64,000 bases of DNA, taken from assembly GCA_051003155.1 (NCBI GenBank), contig JBPCLO010000020.1, forward strand, positions 1-64,000, written 5' to 3'. Numbering within the stretch: the first letter of the stretch is position 1; every line of letters begins with the position of its first letter. The translations under genes were made by a program, and so were the position numbers. Source of the DNA: Fimbriimonadales bacterium. GTDB lineage: Bacteria; Armatimonadota; Fimbriimonadia; Fimbriimonadales; ATM1. The notes beneath the pieces were generated by a model. That model was given only the letters and a program-made list of their open reading frames with translations, was not told the DNA's origin and ran no database searches. Of this stretch, positions 47,551 to 56,872 are shown one piece after another.

Positions 47551-49269
47551 TTCAAGACTCAAATACCAGACCTTGCCCTCCTTCACGGACTTCGCGCCGA
47601 GCCTTGTCTTCGCCCGGTCTAAAGTGCGTTTCGCGATCCCTTGTCCTTCCGCTTCTCTTTGGATGTCTCGAGACGGTCGCTTCCCGCCTGCAAGTTCTTC
47701 GTGCAAGAATTCCACTGCTTCGGATATCGGCGAGTGTTCCGCTCCGCGAAGAATCGCATCCGCAGTTAAGTCGGTTTTCCCCGTCCAACGGAAGCGGCCG
47801 TCTTCCAGGCAAAACCCCACGCCGTCGCCCTTCGGCCCGACGTTCGATTTGATGTGCACCAATGCCCCCCGCGCCTTGTCCTCCGGGTCTTCGCCGACTA
47901 ACAGAATCGAACGCGCGGCAGCAGCAATGTCGATGCTCCCAAGCCCGGCGTCGGTCGCTCTGCCGACCATAGATTTGCGCGTATGACGAACGACCAGGAT
48001 TGCGATGTTGTGCTTCTCGGCCAGAGCCTTCAAGCCGTGCATGAACGGCCGCGTTTCGTTCGACCTGTGCAAATCAAGCGTTGCGCCCATGTAGGATTGA
48101 AGGGGGTCTATGGTGACGAGCACAGGGTCGACAATTCGCAACCACTCTTCCAACCTCTCCAATCCCGGCTCATCCAATGTTATCGGCTCCGCATAGCACG
48201 CGACATTTGCCGCGTTTGCTCCGAGGGCGTCCAGGCGTGGGCGCACGGTATCTGGCAGATCGTCTTCGGTTGTGAGCATAAGGACGCGGGCCGGATCTTG
48301 CCTATCAACCGCCGGAAGAGCCTCACCCGAGGAAACGGCTGCAGCTATAGCGCAAGTGACCCACGACTTGCCAACGCCCGGAGCGCCTTCGATAATCGTC
48401 ACCTTGCCGAGCGGAATGTAGGGCCACCAAAGAAACTTCACACTCCGAGGCTCCACGTTGGAGATCCAAATGGGGCCGGCTGGTACCGAACTGCAATCAC
48501 TAGGATCATGTGCAAGTTCATTCAGGCGCGAGGCAACGTCGCAATCCTCGAAATCCGCGAGCCCATGGCCCGCGGCGAGGTGATCTGCCGCGTCCTTGCC
48601 CTCCATTGACTCCACAGTACGCACAGAACAGCCGACCGCAAGCAAGGAATCGCGTACGTGCAACGCGTGCTTGTATCCGCTTACGTCTTTGTCGGCCACG
48701 ATCACAACTTCAGCGCCGCGAATCGACTCCGAATACTCAGGCCTCCACTTGCCCGCGCCCATCGAATTGCAGGTGCCCACGCCGCCGGCGCTTTCTATAG
48801 CGTGTACGTCCTTCTCGCCCTCCACGACGTAGATCGTCCTGCCGTCGTTTACAGCCTTTGTCAAATTCGGCAGCCGGTACAACACTAGAGTGCACCTGGC
48901 GAGGCCCCACGCGTGCTTCCCGTTGACGAGGCGGCGCTGCCTGAAGTCCTTCGGCTCATACCTCACAACCTCGTAGAGCTGACTTCCGTTCTTATCGGTA
49001 TACGAATAGGACGCGATTTCGCGCATGGCAGCCTTTGACTTGCCGTTCTTCGCAGGGAACAGGTCAGCCATCGTCAGCCCGAGACTCGCGACAACCTCCT
49101 CGCAAGTACACCCGGCGTGACACTTCAACAGTAGGCGCCCATCGTGTCCCACTGTGATTCCAAGGGAAGGTTTTCGTCGGTCAGGGTGAGCGGGGCACCG
49201 GGCCATGTATTGGCCGCCCCTGAGCTTCCTTGCGTCTTGTAGCCGACCTAGCAGATCGTCGAGCGTCAC
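47524..49269 (-). CDS. Primase-helicase (Zn finger + TOPRIM + RepA/AAA_25 helicase)
   Basis: CPAH..CHAGC, VVEGEKD, ADKD, GAPGVGKS, TIDP and RHTRK. Confidence 0.9.
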   Translation of the reverse strand: MTLDDLLGRLQDARKLRGGQYMARCPAHPDRRKPSLGITVGHDGRLLLKCHAGCTCEEVVASLGLTMADLFPAKNGKSKAAMREIASYSYTDKNGSQLYEVVRYEPKDFRQRRLVNGKHAWGLARCTLVLYRLPNLTKAVNDGRTIYVVEGEKDVHAIESAGGVGTCNSMGAGKWRPEYSESIRGAEVVIVADKDVSGYKHALHVRDSLLAVGCSVRTVESMEGKDAADHLAAGHGLADFEDCDVASRLNELAHDPSDCSSVPAGPIWISNVEPRSVKFLWWPYIPLGKVTIIEGAPGVGKSWVTCAIAAAVSSGEALPAVDRQDPARVLMLTTEDDLPDTVRPRLDALGANAANVACYAEPITLDEPGLERLEEWLRIVDPVLVTIDPLQSYMGATLDLHRSNETRPFMHGLKALAEKHNIAILVVRHTRKSMVGRATDAGLGSIDIAAAARSILLVGEDPEDKARGALVHIKSNVGPKGDGVGFCLEDGRFRWTGKTDLTADAILRGAEHSPISEAVEFLHEELAGGKRPSRDIQREAEGQGIAKRTLDRAKTRLGAKSVKEGKVWYLSLEDRQDCHIA

Positions 49270-49333
49270 GCGCGGCTCCAGGTTTCAGGCTCGCCGCGCA
49301 AGGCGAGCCGTTCGTTTTCGCTGTTCATTCGAT

Positions 49334-49534
49334 CTACCTCCCCCGAAGTTCGACGCCGCCCGCCTCGTTTGCCTCGGCCTCGAAGCGTTCGAGCTCGGAC
49401 GCGGCGATCCGAGTAGCTCGTCCAAACTTTAAGGCCCGCAGCTTGCCCGCGTTGATGAGTTGGTAGATTGCCGTTCTGCAAATGGAGAGACGCGCAGATG
49501 CGTCCGCTATCGTGAGGAAGGACTTTGATTCCAT
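49334..49534 (-). CDS. Excisionase-like HTH DNA-binding protein
   Basis: FLTIADASARLSICRTAIYQLINAGKL..K.GR..RI; AAGGAG RBS. Confidence 0.88.
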   Translation of the reverse strand: MESKSFLTIADASARLSICRTAIYQLINAGKLRALKFGRATRIAASELERFEAEANEAGGVELRGR

Positions 49535-49760
49535 TCTGTGTTACTCCTTAAATTCAGAGGGCCCAGCCGGTTGAATGGCTGAGCCCTGGGTCGTTGTTTA
49601 GTTGGTCAGGAATGAAAAAAACCCGCCTGGCTTGAATCCATGCGAGTTCACTTGGGCATACGAATGCCCTCCACATCTAGCTTAGACGCACAGACTTTAG
49701 GCCATGTCGCACCAAAAGGCTTCGAGTTCAATAACCTAGTACTTGTACTTTTTCTTAGGT

Positions 49761-50357
49761 TCAAGGAAAAACTGGTAAAGTTTGAGTCAAAATGGGGACG
49801 GTTCGACCGGAACGAATACGCTCCCAATACCCGTCATCTGCAGCTATATCGATGTTGTCGTAGCTGACCTTCCTAAGAGCAGCGATGAGTTCAGAAACAC
49901 TTAACTGTTCAATCTTAGCGACCTCTTCAAGAATCTGCCGCGCTTCGGAGGGCCTCATGGAGTGCGCCCATCCGAAGGGGATCACACGATGTACGCTAGC
50001 CAAGAGCCAAATCTTTTCCCATGTAGAGGGGCGGAGCCGGACACTGCGGTAGGGCCCTTTCTCCCATTGGCAGTCGATGGCTATCTTATGCACCAAACTG
50101 GAGATATTCCTTTGCTTGTATCCTGAGTGCGGGACACGATGCTGACCTGAGACAGCCTGTCTCAGCCAACCTAAAACCCGCCGCTCCTGATCTGTGAACC
50201 CACGATTGATCAAGACCTGGACGTCGTCTCTTAGATTGGCCGGCATAAGTTCGGCTGCCGATTTGTCCAGCCCCCCCTCTGCGCCAAATCGCGCCAACCA
50301 GAACAGGGCTTCCTGCGCCCGTCTTTTGTCAATCCTTATAGCATTCTGTTGGGTCAA
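49761..50357 (-). CDS. Hypothetical protein
   Basis: 198-aa ORF at the island end. Confidence 0.5.
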   Translation of the reverse strand: MTQQNAIRIDKRRAQEALFWLARFGAEGGLDKSAAELMPANLRDDVQVLINRGFTDQERRVLGWLRQAVSGQHRVPHSGYKQRNISSLVHKIAIDCQWEKGPYRSVRLRPSTWEKIWLLASVHRVIPFGWAHSMRPSEARQILEEVAKIEQLSVSELIAALRKVSYDNIDIAADDGYWERIRSGRTVPILTQTLPVFP

Positions 50358-50368
50358 TTCGGAAACTC

Positions 50369-50390
50369 TCTGGTATACGTTATGGTATAC
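50369..50390 (+). promoter_or_regulatory. Putative integrase arm-type sites (TGGTATAC x2)
   Basis: TCTGGTATACGTTATGGTATAC, 20/22 identical to 12,791-12,812. Confidence 0.65.
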
Positions 50391-50439
50391 CGACTCACAA
50401 ACCGACGAACTCGCACCTGGTAATTTAGGTTCAAAATAA

Positions 50440-50488
50440 TGGCTGCCGCAGTAGGACTCGAACCTACGACCCGCTGATTAACAGTCAG
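50440..50488 (-). repeat. att site: 3' half of tRNA-Asn(GTT), junction of islands 1 and 2
   Basis: Same 46 bp as 12,642-12,687 plus CAG completing the anticodon stem; no D-arm or 5' acceptor follows. Confidence 0.9.
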
Positions 50489-50588
50489 TGATTCTTTAGT
50501 CCATCTAATGTTGACGCCGTCCAGTAGCGTTCAGGAACCTCCTGGAGATTCCTCCAAAGACCATGGAAATGCGTTGATGTCAGCTCAG

Positions 50589-50641
50589 TAAACTGCAAAT
50601 AAACTGCAACCACGGCGTACGAATCTGCCACAATAAACTGC
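50589..50641 (+). promoter_or_regulatory. Putative arm-type sites of integrase 2 (TAAACTGC x3)
   Basis: TAAACTGC three times between the att site and the integrase start, same 2+1 layout as island 1. Confidence 0.55.
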
Positions 50642-51775
50642 GTGGCAGCAAGACAGAGACGTGAGAAGGGCTCGGGAAGCATATTTACGAGGGGAACTTC
50701 TTTTGTAGCGCAGGTCCAGGATGGCTACACGGCGACAGGGCGGCCGCGATACCGCCAAGTTCGGTGTAAGACTCGTAGTGAGGCTGTCAAGGCGTTAAAT
50801 GGAATGAACGCCCTAATTGTTCAGGGTAAAGGCATCCCTGCCAGCAATGGCTATACAGTCGAAGCGTGGCTCGACGTCTGGCTGAGCCAGCACGTCAAGC
50901 CGAACCGTGAGCCTAAAACATATGACTTCTACCGTGTCATGGCGCGCCACGTACGGCCAATCATCGGCAGGCAAGAACTGCGAAAACTTACTGCAGTAGA
51001 TGTGTCTAGGCTCTTCCACGTGATGGACAGGTCAGGGGCGACCACCAATACCATACAGGCGGTCCGGCGGACATTAAGAGCTGCGATTGGAGTTGCTATC
51101 AAGTACGGGCACATCGGCGAGAACCCTGTCTCGAATGCTTTCGTGCCGCGCATCACTCGAACCGAGCGGCTGCATTTTGATGCCGGACAGATTCAAAGCT
51201 TGCTTAAGGCGCTGAAGGGTTCCCCCATCGAGAACCTGGTGTCGTTCACCTTAGCTACTGGTATGCGCCTTGGTGAAGCCACCGGCGTGACCTGGAGTGC
51301 GGTAGATTTGGAACGCAAGACCGTGATCATACAGGCGCAGTTGCAACGGACAAGTGGTGAACTCCGCCTAAAGCAGTTGAAAACAGAAGGTAGTCGGCGT
51401 ACCGTTCCTCTCGTTGGCTATGCTCTTTGGGCAATTCAGAGCGAGAAGGCTCGAATTGACACGGAGCAGTTTGAGAACCCCCTGAACCTTGTTTTCACAA
51501 ACCCCTTCGGACGGCCGTTCGACCCTAAGTACGTCAACAGTAAGCTACACCAAGCACTTAAAGCTGCGGGGCTGCCTCGAACGGGAATCCATTCGCTTCG
51601 ACACTCGGCCGCAACGTTCATGCTCATGGCCGGGTTGAACCTTCACCAAGTCAGCCGGTACCTAGGTCACACCCAGATTACGCTGACGTCGAATCTCTAC
51701 GGTCATGTCTTGAACGAGTCGATGAGAGACGCCGCTGAGCGTCTCCAGGAAATGTACAAGCCCAAAGGTGAGTAA
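50642..51775 (+). CDS. Tyrosine recombinase/integrase of island 2
   Basis: TGMRLGE, IHSLRHS, LGH and NLY; paralog of 12,876-14,024. Confidence 0.95.
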   Translation: MAARQRREKGSGSIFTRGTSFVAQVQDGYTATGRPRYRQVRCKTRSEAVKALNGMNALIVQGKGIPASNGYTVEAWLDVWLSQHVKPNREPKTYDFYRVMARHVRPIIGRQELRKLTAVDVSRLFHVMDRSGATTNTIQAVRRTLRAAIGVAIKYGHIGENPVSNAFVPRITRTERLHFDAGQIQSLLKALKGSPIENLVSFTLATGMRLGEATGVTWSAVDLERKTVIIQAQLQRTSGELRLKQLKTEGSRRTVPLVGYALWAIQSEKARIDTEQFENPLNLVFTNPFGRPFDPKYVNSKLHQALKAAGLPRTGIHSLRHSAATFMLMAGLNLHQVSRYLGHTQITLTSNLYGHVLNESMRDAAERLQEMYKPKGE

Positions 51776-51862
51776 GCCTTAGGGAGGTGCCAACGTGAGC
51801 TGCCGAGCAAGTGCGCCACGTTGAGCCCTCTCCAATCATCCCGTAATGTCACCGCTTTCCCC

Positions 51863-52050
51863 AACCCCGAAGGAGTTAACGAAGTTAGCCGAACAAGTAG
51901 GCAGACACGGCGGCTTCCAGACACCGAGAGCGACGCACAGAAACGACCGCTCTCCCTAACCCCGAAAGGGTTAACGAAATTAGCCGCGAGGTCGAAGACC
52001 CGGGGAAATGCGACCGATGATTCCATCCCGACCCCGGAGGTGTCGCAGAC
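51863..52050 (+). repeat. REP-like imperfect palindromic repeats
   Basis: AACCCCGAA(G/A)G(A/G)GTTAACGAA(G/A)TTAGCCG at 51,863 and 51,958, plus GACCCCGGAGGTGTCGCAG. Confidence 0.5.
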
Positions 52051-52245
52051 TTCAACACCAACGGCCGCGCCCGGATTCTGACGCCCACGCAGGGACGCGG
52101 AACGCAACGAACCCGTCCGTCACTCAAAGAACCGCTCATCGTATTCGATTCCGAACTCGGCCATCGGGGTAATGGTCCAGCCATTCGGTGAACGATGAAA
52201 CTGCGGCTAGGTGGTGCAATCACGTTGGTCCACGTAGATGAGTGA

Positions 52246-53010
52246 GTGGCCGACGCGAGTGTGCTCTATACTTGGAGAATGGAAATTTGTTCGCCTATCC
52301 GAACGGACTATTACGTTTACGCTCTGGGGCACCCAGCCTATGGGCTGTTCTACATCGGTAAGGGTTGCGGCTCCCGTGTGCACGCACACGAGCTTTCTGC
52401 GATGGACGAAGCATCTGGTGCGAGCGAGAAGACCGAAGTTCTGAGAGCACTGGCTGCCAAAGGCGAAACGCCGATTCGATACTTGGTCGCCGCGGACTTG
52501 AGCGAGAGGGAAGCGTTTCAACTGGAGTCGGTTCTAATCGCGTTTTCCGCTGAGATAAAGCGTACCGGTCTCACTCCTAATCTGCGCAACCTCGCCAAGG
52601 GGCATGGATCGGGCGAGACCATGCTGCGCGACCACGAAATCGACATGATGAATGCTGATCCGGCTGTGCTGGGCACAAGACGCTTGCTTCTGCTTAGCAT
52701 CAATCGCGAGTTCGCTCCCTTTGCCGACTACGCGGCAGGCTTACCCGATCATGTGGCGGGCAGGTGGGTTCTCAACCTTGAAAAGGCGCGTTCCTGTGAA
52801 TATGTTCTGGCATGCACGCGTAGGAGAATCGTCGGGGTCTATAAACCCACCGATTGGAGGTTGACCGCGGAAGTCGGAGATAAGCGCCGTCGATATTGGT
52901 TTGATGGCGAGGCCGCGACTGATGCGTTTGCCGAATCGATCCGGTATCGTCCCCTTCCTGAAGACATTAGATTTGGGTCTGGAAATCCGGTCGCCTATTA
53001 CCCTCGCTAG
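52246..53010 (+). CDS. LEM-3-like GIY-YIG nuclease domain protein
   Basis: YYVYAL..FYIGKG..R..AH, EREAFQLESVLI and LRN..GHG. Confidence 0.8.
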   Translation: MADASVLYTWRMEICSPIRTDYYVYALGHPAYGLFYIGKGCGSRVHAHELSAMDEASGASEKTEVLRALAAKGETPIRYLVAADLSEREAFQLESVLIAFSAEIKRTGLTPNLRNLAKGHGSGETMLRDHEIDMMNADPAVLGTRRLLLLSINREFAPFADYAAGLPDHVAGRWVLNLEKARSCEYVLACTRRRIVGVYKPTDWRLTAEVGDKRRRYWFDGEAATDAFAESIRYRPLPEDIRFGSGNPVAYYPR

Positions 53011-53023
53011 GAACCTGAGCCGA

Positions 53024-53064
53024 TGGTGGGCGGTACTGGACTTGAACCAGTGACCCCTACAGTG
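53024..53064 (-). repeat. tRNA 3'-end fragment (Val-like), att scar
   Basis: Reverse complement CACTGTAGGGGTCACTGGTTCAAGTCCAGTACCGCCCACCA; no 5' half; flanked by TAGGAAC repeats. Confidence 0.75.
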
Positions 53065-53629
53065 CGATTGCAATTTCGGTAGACCTAAGGGTCCGATTTC
53101 AGGTTCCTGAATCGGGTCATATCGGGCCAGTCGGGGGCATCCCGTCTAGGAACTTCAGTAGGAACCAACATCCTCAACACAAAATCAGAAATGGAAGGTC
53201 AGGCCAATCATGCGTCCTGCCGATCAGGGCATGTCGTGTTCTTGATCGACCGGTCAAGGGTACCCGTTCTGAGGATGATCTTTGCTGCTAAGTCGGATCT
53301 GTTGGTGTCATCGGAGCTGAGAGTGATCGATGAGACCCCACTCGAGCGGACGAATCCGGAGCGATGGCTTCCGCTCAAATTGACTACGAGGAGCCGCGTG
53401 TGAATTGCGCGAAATTGCAAGGCCGGTCACGAGTGATGCGGAGTTTACGTCAGTTGAGAAACCTCCACCGCTCATTAGCCGCACCAAGCCGAATTGGGCG
53501 GTACACTGGGTAGGCGGGCCTGTTTCGAACCGGGGGGGAGAAACAATGAAACTGATTGTTGATGGTTTCGATAGCCTCGCCTGCCCGTGGCGAGACGAGT
53601 GTAAAGATGGGACTCGTGCATCGTTTGAT

Positions 53630-53830
53630 CGGCGGCCACGAGTTGTGGATGCGCCGCTACAATGGCCAAGGGAACTATCTTGAGAATGCCATCGCGCTGG
53701 CCGTGGACGCAGAGGGAACGCTCACGTGACGGGAAGGTCCGCCGGCACGGGAACCGACGACTATGCAACGATCAAGTACGATTCCAACGGCAAGCAGTTG
53801 TGGATAACTCGCTACAACGGCCCGCAATGG
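53630..53830 (+). pseudogene. SBBP-like beta-propeller repeat remnant
   Basis: WMRRYNGQGN..AIALAVDAEG and, in another frame, DDYATIKYDSNGKQLWITRYNGP. Confidence 0.65.
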
Positions 53831-53866
53831 GCTGCATAAGGTCGCCGGTTCGGGCTCGCCCCGAGG

Positions 53867-54742
53867 CTATGTCCCGAACACTTTACGCTCTACAGCGGCT
53901 CTTTCGCACCTGATTGACTCGCAGTCCAACAGTTGCAGCAAGTTCTCAGCAGGACAAACAACGGTCATTCCGCTCATTCCGGCGACTTTCATGCCCTCAG
54001 TTAGTTCTACCGTGCTCGCCTCGAGTCCTTGCCCAGAATGTGGCACGATATCCCATGCCTCACGAAATTGTCCAAAGTGGACTCCCAAGAGCTTTAGCAA
54101 ATGACCGCCTCCCACGAGGGTGTTAGCCCCGGCAAATATTGAGCCAGCAGTACGAAAAACGAAAACCGGACTGCCGGAAAAGCCCGTGCGCGAATGCATG
54201 TCTACAATGACCGCCTCCCCTAGGTAGCCCGTCTCCCGTCTCACGGTAGCGCGCATTATACTTATGTTTCCGAAACGCATCGCAGGAACGATTCCTTCGG
54301 TGCCGTCATAATCTAGGAACCTTCCGACCATAAAGACGTCCTCGCCTGCGTTGATCTCCAGGTCTCGGATTTCCGCATTACGCAAGCAATAGCTGTCAAT
54401 TAACAGGGCTTCGACTTTGTGAATGTTAGTGTCGAACCCTAACTGGCGAACCGCAATGTCGGGACCCTTATCACGGTACGTCCACTCGTGAGCCTCAGTT
54501 GGGATCACGTCAGTCCCCCCGTCTTTTTTGTTTACTCTCAGGACGGTGAAGCCTCCCGGAACTACTACGTGCCAATTGGTCACTGCGTACACGTGATGAA
54601 ATGTGTGCGGACTACCCGTGGACGGAATTGCAACGAGAAAGCCAGATCCACCTGCAGATCTCCCTTCTTGGGCACTCCTCTCATCCGGATACAGGAAGAA
54701 GACTGTGTCGAGAAGGTACTGGTACTCACCAAGCTTGGGCAT
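53867..54742 (-). CDS. Trypsin-like serine protease, no signal peptide
   Basis: GSGF, VTNWHVV (His), PDIAV (Asp) and GFSGSPVF (Ser). Confidence 0.85.
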   Translation of the reverse strand: MPKLGEYQYLLDTVFFLYPDERSAQEGRSAGGSGFLVAIPSTGSPHTFHHVYAVTNWHVVVPGGFTVLRVNKKDGGTDVIPTEAHEWTYRDKGPDIAVRQLGFDTNIHKVEALLIDSYCLRNAEIRDLEINAGEDVFMVGRFLDYDGTEGIVPAMRFGNISIMRATVRRETGYLGEAVIVDMHSRTGFSGSPVFVFRTAGSIFAGANTLVGGGHLLKLLGVHFGQFREAWDIVPHSGQGLEASTVELTEGMKVAGMSGMTVVCPAENLLQLLDCESIRCERAAVERKVFGT

Positions 54743-54889
54743 TTACTCTCATCGTGGAACTACAGGGGGCGTTACTGCGTCGCCATCGCCAGTTTGAACG
54801 ATTTATGCTTTTGCCTTGTCCCTCTGCCGTCCACTTCGATGCCCATTAACGGTGTAATATACCGTCGCTGTCTTTAGTAGTTGCGTTAC

Positions 54890-55219
54890 GAAGGCACGGC
54901 CCCGAGTTTCGCGCCCTCGATCTTCCTGAAGGCGTGGAACCGGCTTTCATCCAACCCGGCTCTCCGTCGCAGAACGGCCGCATCGAGAGCTTTTTCGACA
55001 AGTTGCGCGACGAGCTTCTAAACCGGGAGTTCTTCCCGACAGCCTCCGAACTCCAAGCACACCTCGACGAGTACCTGGAGTTCCACAACCATCTCAGGCC
55101 TCACCTGAGCCTCGGCGGCCTCACCCCCGCGCGGTTCAAGGAAATTGCCCATTCGACCATACTCTACGAGAGACGGAAACCCTAACACTCTGACCTGGTC
55201 AGGAAATGGGGACTAGGCA
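54890..55219 (+). mobile_element. IS3-family transposase C-terminal remnant with probable right inverted repeat
   Basis: FIQPGSPSQNGRIESF..LRDELL..HNHLRPHLSLGGLTP; ends TGGTCAGGAAATGGGGACTAGGCA. Confidence 0.8.
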
Positions 55220-55474
55220 CGCTTAGTTCTGAAATATCGAACAAGCTCATCGCCCTGCGGTTTGAGCTCATTGCCTGATTCGCCCTCTGCTGGCCATGCA
55301 TGAGTATGTCGCCACGACCCCAAGGCATGGTCTGGGACCGGTTCTTAGAGCTGTCCGTACCGCCTTATGTGATGCATGTAGCACCAAGCGGTCAGCGTCA
55401 GAGCGGCTCGCATCGAGGGTTCCGAACTGCCAGGGACCGGCAATTGGAGGTGACGCAGGTAGACTGCCGTTGGC

Positions 55475-56872
55475 ATGGGTAGCGCATCCTTGTGGACAGG
55501 GGAAGCCGGGGCGGTCACCTCTTCGCTCGACTTAGATCGAGAACTGGTGGACGCCGTCTCTACTCGATTCGCGGCCAGGTTGCGGGGGGTTACCGACAGC
55601 GACTCTGCCTATTGGGATTACTCCGGCATCAAGTCCAATTCGAACCCACTCGCCTACTTTCAATATCCCGCAATGATGGTACCTCGAATGCAGGGCGACA
55701 TAATCAAGGCTCTCGTTGAGGTGTTTCCTCGCACCAAGCGAACGTTCGATCCGTTTGCCGGTTCCGGCACGGTCTTGACCGAGTCCCTCAAGCTGGGTCT
55801 CAGTTCAATTGCCCTCGACGTCAATCCAATGGCGATCTTGCTTTGTAAAGTAAAAGCCGCGGGCTTTCGAGAGCTGGACGCCACATCCGCCCTGAAAGAA
55901 GTCCTCCAATCGTCCGCAAAGGACAGGGCAGAATGCATTGAGATCACATATCACAATCGTGAGAAGTGGTTCTGCGCGGAGGCGCTAAGAGAGCTCTCGA
56001 AAGTCTGTCGAACTATCAAATTGATTGAGGATCTTGAGCTTCGACAGCTTCTTTGGATGGCCTTCGCCGAAGCGGTGCGCATCAATTCAAACTCAAGGAC
56101 ATCGACTTACAAGCTTCATATTCGCGACGCCGATGATATTCAGCGCAGGTCATCCGGAGCACGTGACAGGATTGTCAACGCGATGGAGAGAGTGGTGGCC
56201 ATGTACACCCACAATGCCCAAGCCTTGGCAAATGCAGGATCGACAAAGGCTGGCCGCTTCAAAAAGTCGGTAACTATTCGAAACCACGATATTCGGGAGC
56301 CTGTCGGCCGCTACTGGGCCGATGCCCTGATCACCTCGCCACCTTATGGGGACAATCACACGACCGTCACCTACGGCCAGCACTCCTTTCTCCCTCTCTG
56401 CTGGATTCCTTTCCTCGATATTGATCCTACATTAGACACTAGGCTCGTTGAAAACACTCACTCGATCGACTCCGCAAGCTTGGGTGGAAGGAAGGAAGGC
56501 TCTGCCCTTAAGCAAACCAAGATTATCCAGAAGTCTAATTCGTTGAGGGCTCTTCTTGCTAGCCCATTACTCAACGTAGACGCAAAGCAAAGATTGAGCA
56601 TTTTCTTCCATGACTTGGATGTGGCTCTAGAAAACTCTCTTCGAATCTTGAGAGCGGGGAGTCCGATTGTCCTTACTTTGGGCAACAGATGCGTCGGTGG
56701 TCAAAAGGTCCCCATGGATTCGATTGTTCGAGAGCTTCTCGAGAATAACAATTGCGTGTTTATCGACACTCATAATCGGGCAATTCCGACGAAGCGTATG
56801 GCCCACAGAAACCAAAGCGCAGGCACAATGCTTACCGAGACCCTCCTCATCATGAGGGGTCCGAGCAATTGA
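55475..56872 (+). CDS. DNA methyltransferase, probably N4-cytosine (alpha class)
   Basis: YPAMM, FDPFAGSGT (motif I) preceding TSPPY (motif IV). Confidence 0.85.
   Translation: MGSASLWTGEAGAVTSSLDLDRELVDAVSTRFAARLRGVTDSDSAYWDYSGIKSNSNPLAYFQYPAMMVPRMQGDIIKALVEVFPRTKRTFDPFAGSGTVLTESLKLGLSSIALDVNPMAILLCKVKAAGFRELDATSALKEVLQSSAKDRAECIEITYHNREKWFCAEALRELSKVCRTIKLIEDLELRQLLWMAFAEAVRINSNSRTSTYKLHIRDADDIQRRSSGARDRIVNAMERVVAMYTHNAQALANAGSTKAGRFKKSVTIRNHDIREPVGRYWADALITSPPYGDNHTTVTYGQHSFLPLCWIPFLDIDPTLDTRLVENTHSIDSASLGGRKEGSALKQTKIIQKSNSLRALLASPLLNVDAKQRLSIFFHDLDVALENSLRILRAGSPIVLTLGNRCVGGQKVPMDSIVRELLENNNCVFIDTHNRAIPTKRMAHRNQSAGTMLTETLLIMRGPSN

Larger units (their letters stand above)
12642..50485. 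mobile_element. Integrative genomic island 1 (~37.8 kb) at tRNA-Asn
   Basis: 46-bp terminal direct repeats; integrase at the left end; xis and primase-helicase near the right end; matching TGGTATAC repeats at both ends. Confidence 0.88.

Noticed and set aside
49558..49588. Hairpin upstream of the excisionase
   Set aside because: Imperfect stem without a clear U-tract; function unsupported
12642..50485. Prophage or conjugative ICE
   Set aside because: No structural, terminase, relaxase or T4SS genes recognised
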